DNA from: Ruditapes philippinarum
Lineage: Eukaryota
Reading direction: 5' to 3'
NCBI RefSeq assembly: GCF_026571515.1
Contig: NW_026860174.1
Coordinates: 1 to 64,000, forward strand
Length of the DNA stretch: 64,000 nt
This document shows, in pieces, positions 23,279-34,596 of this stretch. The translations under genes and the position numbers were made by a program. The notes below the pieces were generated by a model. That model ran no database searches and was not told the DNA's origin. It worked only from the letters and a program-made list of their open reading frames with translations. Numbering within the stretch: the stretch's first letter is position 1; each line of letters opens with the position of its first letter.

Positions 23279-25835
23279 TTATTTCTTGTATTTTGAATCC
23301 AATCCTTTGACGCGATATTTATTCGGATCTCCTCCGTTCCGTCCATGTCTGTTTGCTTCTTGATCAGCGTCTCTATCAGCACTACTGTCACCCTTGAGGG
23401 CACCGTAAACTTCGCGAAGATCACTGAAAATATAAATAATTTGTCCGTAAAATACAAATATTTACTTGAATGAAATCTAAATTAAAGTGTGTGTGTTTGT
23501 TTCCCCAGCGAATCTTTGGCTTGCATCCTTTAGAGCTCTCTCTAATAAGTAATTACGTGACAAATGATGATGTGTTAATTTATACGTTACTTCCTCATTT
23601 TTTTCTCACACAATAATTGACTTTCTTTGCTTTAAGATATGGGAGCTTAAATCAACAAGACAGTTAAAACATATTTTATCTAAATGTAAATGTTTATTTT
23701 TAATACTAATTGGTATACTACATTACTACACGTGGTCCAATTGTAAATTGAAGATGAGTTAAAATATACATGTATATTGTTTTAATATAAAGCTTGTGAT
23801 GAACCTACCAAAATTCAATATTAAAAACAAAATTAAGAACCGTTTACATTAAAAAAGGAATATTTTTCTTTTTGACGCGCCTGTTAATAGTACACTATTT
23901 TGTTAAACTCAAATGACGCCAAGTTGTATGGAACACAAAATACTACTTTGTTTACATCTTATTACTATGATACTTTTTGTCAATTTATTTCATATTTATA
24001 GCTATAATATTCAGATAAATCCCAAAAACCATGGTTTAAAAATTATATAATTCACGATTGCCCTTTCTAAAGAAGTAAGATTTATTTGTTTCACAGATAA
24101 AATGTCTCACCATTCCAAACATGCCGCGCATCGGATCGCGTTCGTACCGCAAATACATGTATTACGATCGCACATTGTTAACCTATTTTAAGTTTTATAG
24201 AATACAAACTTGATACCTGATAACTCTTGCTGCATGTCGTCCGCCAGTTCCATGTTGTGCGGCATCATAATTTCCCCTTGAGTGAAAATACTTGTCAGCA
24301 CCTATCGTGTTTGCTTCTTTCATGTCTCTGCAATAAATAAAATCATAGATGTATTTAAAGGTCATATTCTGTCATATAGCATATATACCTTTCCCGTTTT
24401 CTGGGCCATTTGTTTGGCGTTTGGCTGTGTACCTACTTATTAGGCGTAGTTAGTTTTCTACATCCATCAGTCACATTCGTGTCACGCAGATGGTGGTAAT
24501 GCATCTAATTAAAATACTATTCTATCGAAATGTCGCTACATTCAGGCCATCTTCAACATAGCCTATAGGAAAATATATCTGTGAATCAATGGACCTTCGT
24601 GTCTGAGTTATTAAGGTCACTGATAACTTGCGCCGAGCCCCTGTGGGTTTGAACAGGGACTTTAGGTTCTATAATTTGAAGAAGCTATCCTGCAGTCTTA
24701 TTGAATCAGTGGTTCTACTCAGGTACCCGTTCGTGCCTGAAATAATGCACTGATGGTCTCCTTAGGTCTTCCTCCACATTAAATGCTAGAAAGGTGCAAT
24801 ATAATCTTTACAGTGTCGGTTAGACTTAAAATCCCACAAGCCTGTGACTCTGAAACCTTGCAAAAAAACATATAATGCCGAGCGAAAAACATAAAGTCGT
24901 ACAGCGCATACTTTTGCGTTGACTCTAACATTCGTGTACGGTTTTGACACAGTCATTTTCTCTCTCCGAAATCATATGTTTGAATTTTCAAATCCTGATA
25001 TATACATTTTTGAGCATTTTATTGAATGGCCCTTTGAAAATATGAGTGCCATTTTAAAGTCACTTTATGCCGCTAATATATAAACACATGTATTCTTTAC
25101 TCTCAGACCCTCATATTTATGGTTTTGAATAGCACCGAGAACTCGTAAAAATATATCTTCTTTTACCTGAAAAAATTACGCATAGAGAAATTGAGGTCTC
25201 TCTCCATCAGTAAAGATAATCACCAATCTACGTTTACATTGTCAATGACTGGAAAGCAGACAGTAAAACAAACTTAAACTATATGCTGCTTATAATTAGA
25301 AATAAACATAACGATAAAAAACAAATTTTCCAATAAAATACTAAAACAGGTTGTATAAATATAAGTAACTGTAAGAACAAACGAAATATTACTTGTATGC
25401 CTTGAGCATAGCTTTCGCTCCGTTGTTCAACCCAGAAACGTAATCGCTGGCCTTATATTTTACTTCCTTCGCCTTATCTTTTACTTTGGAGGCGTACTCG
25501 CTCGCTTTATTCTTTACCTCTTTCGCTTTATCCTTTGCAGTAGAAACATATTCTTTTGCCTTATTTTTCACCTCATGTGCCCTATCCTTTACTTTGGAGA
25601 CGTACTCGCTCGCCTTATTCTTTATCTCTCTCGCTTTATCCTTTGCCCCGGAAACGAAATTGTTCACTTTATTCTTTACCCCGGAACCGTTATTACTCCC
25701 ACTGTTCGTACTACTGCCTCTGCTGCTGCTGCTGCTGCTACGACGGCTTCCTCCCCACCAGGCTTCTGACTCCCCGATAACAACCAACAAAGCCACGAAG
25801 AGCAGCAACACGCTCGCTTTGCCGATTACCCTCAT
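23279..25835 (-). CDS. SAA: Serum amyloid A family protein, copy 1, with N-terminal 5 x 18-aa amphipathic repeat expansion (~232 aa)
   Basis: Exons (minus strand) 25835-25393, 24327-24217 (111 nt) and 23423-23279 (145 nt); GT-AG, both introns phase 2. Signal peptide [25 protein letters not shown]. Core [47 protein letters not shown]...[29 protein letters not shown] carries the SAA signatures DKYFHxRGN and ANxxGRxGxDPN. Confidence 0.95.
24600..24836 (+). mobile_element. Decayed tRNA-derived SINE in intron 1 of SAA copy 1
   Basis: The central domain GTGGTTCTACTCAGGTACCCGTTCGTGCCTGAAATAATGCAC...GGTCTTCCTCCAC is shared with the younger copy at 56201-56432. Confidence 0.7.
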
Positions 25836-27561
25836 TCTTATGAACGTTTTCTAATTTCTAGTGATCGTGTAAACGTCAAGAAATCAAAATGAACAGTGAC
25901 AGTTGATTTGCTTATATTGAGCTATATATTTGTTTGTGCGCGCACACGTGTAACTGGCGATAAGGAAAACAGTTTAAGAAGGCTTGAAATTACAATTAAG
26001 CATTTTCTATACATGTACGTCCAATCAAGTTTGTTATTCTTAATTTACTGACTTGTTGTGCAAGATATGTACTTTAAACTTCCTAATCCAGACAATGTTT
26101 CTTAAAATCTGATTTATCCTTATAGCACAAAATAAAACCAATAAAAACTGCACACGGAGATATACATTAACGTAGAAGAGAGCATTTACTGATAGAATCA
26201 CGGGAGCAGACACCGTTATTGCGCGTTTTTTTCAATATTCGTGACTCGGGGCGTCCTATTACTGAAATGACGAGACCTGGTTATTTCAATGTCTATTGAC
26301 ATAGCACTAGGAAGGGGAAAGCCTGACAAAATGCTTTATAATTAAAAACACCAGAAAACAAAAGGTATAATTAATGAATTGTTAGACATTTTACACACAA
26401 AGTTACTGGTACCTTTCTTTATTTCCCTTTTTTATAAGTTGTATACTGTATCAATGTGAAAAATGCAAAAGAACAAGTAACTATAGTACTTAACAATGCT
26501 ATGAAACAGATAACACTATGTCAGTAAACATTAAAATAGATGTTTCCAATGCACATTGTTTCGCTTACCTATTGAACTTTGGTAGATATATCCTCCAAAT
26601 TTTGATTTTGTTGATTTTGAGATATTTTCTGAAGTCTGTTAGATATAGAAAGTGAGACGTTCAAAAGTCTGAGAACAATTTAACATCTCCAGGTCTGCTC
26701 CAAACTGTATGCTCCTGTTTTAAATTTTGAAAACTCAGTAACAGGGTCCAGTACTGACTTTATTTAAAAGTGTAAGTTGTTGAAGCCATTTTATAACAGA
26801 CTGGTACTACATGCACATCTGATAAAAATATTTATTTTAGCTTATTGTAACATTTCATCTCCTTACTAAACTTGAAACCACGGCTAAAACCTTGCTGCAG
26901 TGCACGATTTTATAGCCTAGCATGGGTTTGTAAATTGTTTTTTTTTATTTTTTATTTTATTTCGTCTACGTCAACTAAAATTAATGTTAATTTCAAATTA
27001 TTCATAAATCATTAGTAATGAAGATTCCTCATGAAATAATTTTAAAATCAAAGCACACTTGATGAGTGTTACTTTAAATTTGACCGTGATGCTTCTTCCT
27101 TGTAGTCAAGTCGACCTCATCATATTGGTGGTCTTTAACGAGGAAGTTGATATGTTGAAAGCTTTCCATGCAATTGGCTACTTATGAGAATGATGCAAAT
27201 AGAGGTTGTAAAATGAAATGCTCTTTCATGTTTTAGATTTCATGTTTTAGATAAAACAAACCTAAAATAGAGAAAAACGAAAACCTTAAAGAATGTCCAA
27301 AGTAAGTAATGGGAACAAATTAAGTAATTTTTGTTTGATAAATATGATATTTTTCAATTCCATAGTTTAAATATAGGAGTCGTTTTGGCTTATGTATACC
27401 ATATATTTCACTTGTAAATGAACGTTGTACAACAGTATATTACAATTTATGTTTCATTAAAAAGCGTTTATTACAGAGTTGGCAAAATATGTCACTATCA
27501 AAACATACGAGTAAACATTGCATATTTCGTAAGTGGGTAGCAAAAACGCGTTTTGGATGTT

Positions 27562-30097
27562 TTATTTTTTGTACTTTTTGGGCAGTCCTTCCGGACGATA
27601 CTTATTCGGATCTCCACCGTTACGGCCATGCTTATTGGCATTTTGATCAGCTGCTATGTCCGCGGCACTATCACCCTTGATTAATCCATAAACTTCACGG
27701 AGGTCACTGAAAATTATACATTTATATTTTCTTGAAATTATACAATGTATAAACACTTACATGTGACATACTGATATGAAATAAGATTTTAATATTTCAT
27801 ACCATTAATAAACATATACAATGTAAATGTTTCTATCGGGAATATTGATAAATGTTTTAAATCTTGAATGCATATCTTTTGTCAAGCGGTCATGGATTTA
27901 ACGACTATCAAAAAACAACCAAATCTCTAAGCTTAAAATTGAACAAAACGTTTTCCCAAAAAGTGATCCGTTGAAGTAACTGGATCAAATGACCAAGTGT
28001 CTAACAGAGATAAATAGGCCCTTATTCATCCAGTCTTGACCATACACCAGTATTAATCTAAATTATATTTATAAATGACCTTAAAGTTCATACATTGTCA
28101 AATATGAAAAGCTAAAATACACGAAGATACGATTGTCTTTTAATGTTATTTCAATATCAAGCGAAGAAATAAATTGAACTGCAAATCTTATGTAACTGCA
28201 AATATTGCAAGAAGTGCTTATAGTTTATGTGGCTCGTGTATTTTTTTCTTCTTTTTTGTTTCAGCCAAATTGTTCTACATCTGGTACACCTCTAATAAAC
28301 CAGTTCGTTTAAATTACTTCCTTTTTTGTCTCACAATTATTGATGTTTATTGTGATAAGTATGGTAGTGAGGATATTAGTTGAAAATGCTTTTACCTATA
28401 GGACTTTTTAAATATTACTTTTATACTAAATCTTGTTCCCCTTTTTTTAAACATTATTTATGTATTTCTCAGACCCCTCGTCGAAAGAAAAGTGTTTCAT
28501 TTTAATCATATAATTATTATAGGTATTTATTGACTAAAATGCGAAATTTAATAATAAAAGTGGTACTTAATATTTTCAAAGTCTAATTGTATCAAAACTA
28601 CACGTCAAAAGTATTTTTACAAGATAAATCTATATACTTTTAAGAAAATTTAGGCGGACACTCAAGACAGCCTCCCATTTTGGTTAGTTTTAGGCATATT
28701 TTGAATAAGCCTCTATAAGTAGCAAAATTGTCAAACAAGCTTTTAAATGAGTGGGGTAGGATAAAATTCTTATACATATTTTAAACATACCTGATGACCT
28801 TTGCCGCATGTCGTCCGCCAGTTCCATGTTTAGCAGCATCTGCATTTCCCCTTGCGTGAAAGTACTTATCAGAATTTTTCCAGTTTGCTTCTTTCATGTC
28901 ACTGTAATACATAGAGTTATAGATGTATTTTTATTTGATAAAACATTCTTATTGTATCATAATTTTGTCTGATTCTGAACCGATTTATAGCTATGTCTCG
29001 ATAATTGTCACAAATTGTCATGCAGATGGCGTTGGCGGATGAAATTATTTCAACGCGTTGCCCCATGATGCCAAGTAGTCTACTTAAACGTACTGTATTA
29101 GCAAACATACCCGTATGATGCCAAGTGAAAACATTGAGATTTGAAATTTGTCTTTTGACGTTTTGTCTCGATATATGCAAGTAACATAAACTCTAATCCC
29201 CTTTCAAAATTCAAAAGATTTTATTTGGTTCCACCGCTTGTTTTCTCGTTTAGGGCAAACGCATTTTATTACATAACATTCTTTTACGCCACTCGTCATG
29301 GAATGGCATGAAAGTGTCACACTGAAAGTTCTAAAATAATCGCCGTATGAACAAATCTGCTGATGTTTCTAAATTAAAATTTTCCTCATTTTCATGTTTA
29401 TATGTTTAATACTGCTTAAGCCGGTGCTAGATGGCGTGGACGGTATCTTGCAATTACAACTGCCTTCCATGAACAGGCTTATTTAAACCGAGCCTGCAAC
29501 ATTTTCAAAGCAATATGCTCTTGCGTTTACAATTTAAACACTACACGTTTTGCCCACATATATCAGTTTGACATAAAACAATAAGTGACATTTAATTCAC
29601 TTTATACGAATTCAGGAACAAATGTATACCAGACCCTTATATTATCCGTTATATTAATTTGTTCGAATTCACTAAAGAGTAAAAGTGCTTTTGACTGCAG
29701 AAGTCTTCATTCGATTCCCTGTTGCATTGTAGATGTGACTGGTAAAAACGATCAAAAATATTTTACATAAAATCATTGTTAAGCTGCATTTTACTAGAAC
29801 AAAACATTATATTAAATCAAATTTTATTACATACTACACAACAGCTAGGACTATGAATGTAAGATAAGTTAATTTACATAGAATGAAATATTACTTGTAA
29901 GCCCTGTGCATTTCCTTCGCCCCATTTATTACACCAGAAGCATAATCTTTTGCTTCTTGCCATGTGCTCCTACTGTTTTGGCTGCTAATGTCACGACCGC
30001 CTTCTCCCCATGCGTCCAACTGTTCGGCAACAGCTGACAAAGTCACGAAAAGCAGCAATATAAGTGTCATCTCAATCACGCTCATTCTAATAAACAT
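27562..30097 (-). CDS. SAA: Serum amyloid A family protein, copy 2 (~152 aa)
   Basis: Exons 30097-29895, 28901-28791 and 27706-27562 give [24 protein letters not shown]...[108 protein letters not shown]. An alternative start is ATG 30085. Confidence 0.95.
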
Positions 30098-30538
30098 TTT
30101 TCCTGCGAAGATGTTGGTGTCAAGAAACTAAAAGGAACAATATCGATTAATTAGTTTATTTTCATCGTGGCATATTTGCATATAAACAGTTTAGCAATTG
30201 ATTATCACATTAATATTTTACTCGCAAGTAAGATATCCTGCAAATAAAGTAAAGCATTAATTGTAAATAAGATAGATTATATATTTCATTAAATACATTT
30301 TTTCCTCTTACATAATTAAATGACGTATTAATTTTATTTTTCCGGAATTCAAAATTAATTGCATTTTGATGAATTAGTAAACCTTTCAAGATGCAATTTG
30401 CTATGAATGAGTGATATTAACATTGGATTAGAAAATAATACCCTAAGGACACATTAAATAATTATAAACAAAAGATGATCAAGGTTGAAATGTGAATAAA
30501 AGTATTTTGTCGAAGATTTGATAAATTACGACGTAAAT

Positions 30539-30761
30539 TTTGTTTGTTTGTTTGTTTGTTTCATTTAACGCCTTTTCCCAACAGTATTTCAGTCATATAG
30601 GCGGGTAGTTTCCTACCCATCGTTCCTGGAGAGTTACACCAATACTAGACTACCTTCCTCCGCGCTAAACTACCAAAGCATCTCCCGGGGATTGTACCCA
30701 CGCCAGAGAGGTAACTGGATTAGAAGTCATCGACTCTAACCCCTCGACCACGGAGGTGGTT
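30539..30761 (-). mobile_element. tRNA-derived SINE with 13-bp TSD upstream of SAA copy 2
   Basis: The minus strand has an A-box-like TGGTCGAGGGG, a B-box-like GGTACAATCC and an (AAAC)n tail. TTACGACGTAAAT is duplicated at 30526-30538 and 30762-30774. Confidence 0.88.
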
Positions 30762-30976
30762 TTACGACGTAAATGCAGTACACAAATGATGTTATTATAA
30801 ACAAAATGATCTTCTTGTTACATTTTACTGGTCCTTCGGGATCATTTATGCAAACACAATTGAGTGCTGAGAATTGTGTACCGCTCAAGCCGGTGCTAAA
30901 GGGCGTGAGGGATGTTGCGCTATTCATTATCCCTTTTTGTACAGACTCAATCAAAGCGAGTCTGCAATTCTCTTCT

Positions 30977-31290
30977 AATTTTGATGTGATTAATGCGTCC
31001 GAGGGATCACTTTGTTTCCAGATTTTTATACTTCACAACAGCTGGTGTCAAGTGCTGTGTGGCAGCTGTAAAAAGTTGCCCCATACTTCACTTCAGTGTT
31101 GTAATATTTTTCTGGTCCTTCGGGATCATTGATGCTTCCAAAGGAATCACGTTGTTTCCAGATTTTTTTATGTAATAATAGATTTTGTTGGAACTCTTGT
31201 TTTATGAGTTAAAATTATTACCTTATGTGGTCAGAATATAAAAATCTATGTAGAGAGTGATCCCTCGGAGGCATTAATAACAACAAAATT
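30977..31290. mobile_element. Small MITE-like element with ~35-bp imperfect TIRs
   Basis: AATTTTGATGTGATTAATGCGTCCGAGGGATCACT is inverted as AGTGATCCCTCGGAGGCATTAATAACAACAAAATT. Confidence 0.6.
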
Positions 31291-33781
31291 GCCTGAAATT
31301 ACATGAAATGACATTAAACATATAGTTAAACTGTTAAAAATCATATTCAAATTGTAAACTTGTTAAGGTTTCTATCAATCTATATAAGTCTTATTGCATA
31401 TCCTTAACTTTGTTAATTGTTCAACATATGTTCATACATTGAATGAATTTGTTTACCAATAATTATTTTTCTAACAATTTATACAATTTTAAAGTTATTG
31501 TTAATTGCACATCAACCTCAAACGTTTCGAGAGGTTAAACCCTTCTTGATCGAAGAGTTTGCAGTTTATTTTCTTAATCAACATATTATTCTTCATTTTT
31601 CCTACGCTATGTTTTTTTTTACAAATTGATTTCCAAAACAGATAGCTTTCCACAGTTATTTTATTTGATCAAACAATTATAGTTAAACTGTTACAATCAT
31701 GTTCAAATTGTAAACTTGTTATGGTTTCTAGCCATCTATATCGTATATGATTTTAAAATTATTCTTTCTGATGAATGCTTCAACTGTAACATTTTCGAAT
31801 TGTAAAAAAACTATGGCTTCTATCAATAGATATAATCTAAAAGATAATCTTTATAATAAATGTTTCGTATCATTCAAAAATATAGTTATACTGTTATAAT
31901 TATCATACAATTGTAAAATGTCTGTACCTGTTTTCTCCTTCAAATGTTTATTCCTTTTGAATTGAACGCTAAATAATTAACTTTAACTATTCATATTTTG
32001 AAATGTCTTGCATGTTTACTTGCCTTGGGGATATTGTCTTGTAATGCACAAAATCTGTATTGTCATCCAATTAACAATTTTATTAGTTGTCAAAAGCCAT
32101 AAAATTTAAAGTAATAAAATGCATCATGTTATTTACAGAATAACATAATTTTTTTAGACATTAAATGTTAAAACATTCAAAGCCATATTAAATAAGTTTA
32201 ATGCATACATATACATGTTATTTCAATATATGCGTGTCTAATTTATATGTAAATCATGACTAAAGGATGCTCTGTCTTAGACTTTTTTGTTGGTAATAGC
32301 AACTTAAACAATTTCACACATTTTATATTGATACGTTGCTCTGATTTAGAAACACTTTTTGTGTAAGATGATTTGATAAAATCTATTAATTTTCTTCATT
32401 TGAAACTAACTTTCTCAACCAATTACAAGAACAAGGTTTAATAACTCGGATTCCTAAACCAAATAAAAAATTATTAATATCGTCAAACTGGCGGCTTAAA
32501 AGACATCATTTTTGCCACGATTTAATGATAATATATTGCCAATGGTTGGGATTCTTTTAGTCAATTAGCCAAGGATCGAGGGTTCAAATTCGTCGCTCAG
32601 GTCATGATTATGTTTCCTCATATGACACCAGTACTTGTTTATTGCAGGAAGCGGAATTGAAAATGGTTAAAAAGCTACAATATTTTTCCATAATTGAGCA
32701 TAAATATAATTCATGAATTGTTTTCTTTCATTCTTTTTTATCGTGGAATCTGATGTTGGCTCATATTTAATATCCATTTAATTCTCTCTAATGAAAAAAA
32801 AGGCTAACTCATTTGAAATGTGATTATATGTTGTAACATCTGAAACAAAATATATTAGCCAGTACAAGTAAATAAAAACAAATAGCAAAAACAAACAAAA
32901 AAGCCCATAACACTCGTGGAACCTACATCGATTATTAAAGGAGCCTAAACTTTGGTTTTGAAAAAAAAAACACATACAATATAATAATATTTCTCAACAA
33001 ATTATGTATCAGTCTTCCTTTTCTGTATTCCATGTCCATTAATACTATGTATTCATGTCAAGTATATAATTCTAATTCCAGAAGAAAATTCATTTATGAA
33101 AATTTATACAAATTTTGAAAAAGCCCAAACAGACTTATTTTTCAGATTTTTAAGACTTTTGTGTGGAACCTATATCATATTTTAGTGACTTTTGCTAATC
33201 ATTGACCCGTGTCAGTGTTGTAGAAGTCCGAATAACTTATAACAATGTTAGCGTTTATTTCTACTCCCGGGTAGCTAAAATAAACTCAATCTCAGCGCTA
33301 CACTTACGATTGTACATAAAATCAAAATACTCAAGAAATAACTTTCAATTGAAACACAATTGACGATTGCTTCCTGGTGATTCTTCCCTGTAGTCAAGTC
33401 AACCTCATCATAAAAGTTTTTTTTTCCAAAACTAAGATCATGGAAGTTACGGTGTTAAAATCCTTTCATATAAGTGACTACTTAAACTTGAGACTGATGC
33501 AAGAACGGTTTACAAAATGAAAAAAAAAAAAAAGAAAAATAACAAAGATATTTCTTGCACATATCGATGCATCATCTTTTAAATGTACAACTTAGTCTGA
33601 AATTTCTATTTCAATACAAAAGTTAGTAATTAATATCTGAATACAGAACCAAAGTGTTAAAAATGAAGAATATTTAATTCATTTTGCAATGCAGTTCATT
33701 ATTCTACATGCAGGATACTTTCCGGCATATGTGTACTATATAATTTACTTTCATCTGATATAGAACAACAATTGCGTTTTA

Positions 33782-34525
33782 TTAGCTCACCTGAGCTAGC
33801 TCAGATCGTTATATGTCCGTCGTCTGTCGTCTGTCGTCCGTTCGTTAACACTCTAGCGGTCACATTTTTGCCTCAATCATCATCAAACTTTGTCAGGATG
33901 CTTATCTAGTTAATAGCTCGAATGAGTTAGAACATTGGTCGTCTCGGATGAAAAACTAGGTCACAGGAGATAAAAAGAAAAACCTTGTTAACACTCTAGC
34001 GATCACATTTTTGCCTCAATCATCATCAAACTTTGTCAGGATGCTTATCTAGCTGATAGCTCGGATGAGTTCGAACATGGGTCATTTCGGATGAAAAACT
34101 AGGTCACCGAAGCTAAAAATAGAAAAACCTTGTTAACACTCTTGCGGTCACATTTTGCCTCAATCATCATCAAACTTTGTCAGAATGCTTGTCTAGGTGA
34201 TAGCTCGGATGAGTTCGAACATGGGTCATCTCACATGAAAAACTAGGTCACCAGAGCTAAAAATAAAAAAAAAATCTTGTTAACACTTTAGTGGCTACAG
34301 TTTTGATCCAAGTAACCTGGAAATTGGTCTGAAAGTTTGTTTTGGTGATTTCTAGGTCAATTTCGAATATAGATCACCTGGGTAAAAAACTAGGTCACAC
34401 TGCTCAAATATGGATTCACACTCTTGAAGTCACATGAAACCTGGTCAGAATGCATGTCTAGGTAATTGTTTTGATGAGTTCGATGGGTCAGGTGAGTGAT
34501 CTAGGGCCATCAAGGCCATCTTGTT
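33782..34525 (+). mobile_element. HINE/'pearl'-type Helentron-associated element with central ~145-bp tandem repeats
   Basis: 5' TTAGCTCACCTGAGC, a GTCY-type microsatellite (GTCCGTCGTCTGTCGTCTGTCGTCC), ~4.5 repeats starting TTAACACT at 33845, 33988, 34133 and 34280, a subterminal inverted TCAGGTGAG, and a 3' stem-loop-like GGGCCATCAAGGCCATCTTGTT. It sits in a TT target. Truncated relatives occur at ~12866 and ~13957. Confidence 0.88.
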
Positions 34526-34596
34526 TAGGTAAAGCATACAGATAACAGATGTTTTTCAAGAAGCAGCAAAACACTTGGAATGTCAATTACTCTCAT
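34525..34596 (-). pseudogene. SAA: Ghost SAA gene: ATG and first 13 signal-peptide codons fused directly to SAA 3' UTR; the rest of the gene is deleted
   Basis: The minus strand reads ATG AGA GTA ATT GAC ATT CCA AGT GTT TTG CTG CTT CTT (MRVIDIPSVLLLL; copy 5 has [13 protein letters not shown]), then runs into sequence matching SAA 3' UTRs (plus strand TAGGTAAAGCATACAGATAACAGATG). 34600-35490 aligns by eye with the copy-5 upstream region 62960-63720, and 33240-33780 with SAA 3' flanks. Confidence 0.8.

Noticed and set aside
25389-25835. Stand-alone LEA-like or apolipoprotein gene
   Set aside because: The ORF ends at a conserved splice donor and joins in frame to SAA exons 2 and 3, exactly as in the four paralogues.
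25486-25854. Plus-strand ORFs overlapping SAA exon 1 (also 39709..39972 poly-Ala)
   Set aside because: They are antisense shadows of repetitive coding sequence.
30603-30613. NF-kB-like site GGGTAGTTTCC upstream of SAA copy 2
   Set aside because: It lies inside a SINE, is not shared with the other SAA promoters, and is an imperfect match.
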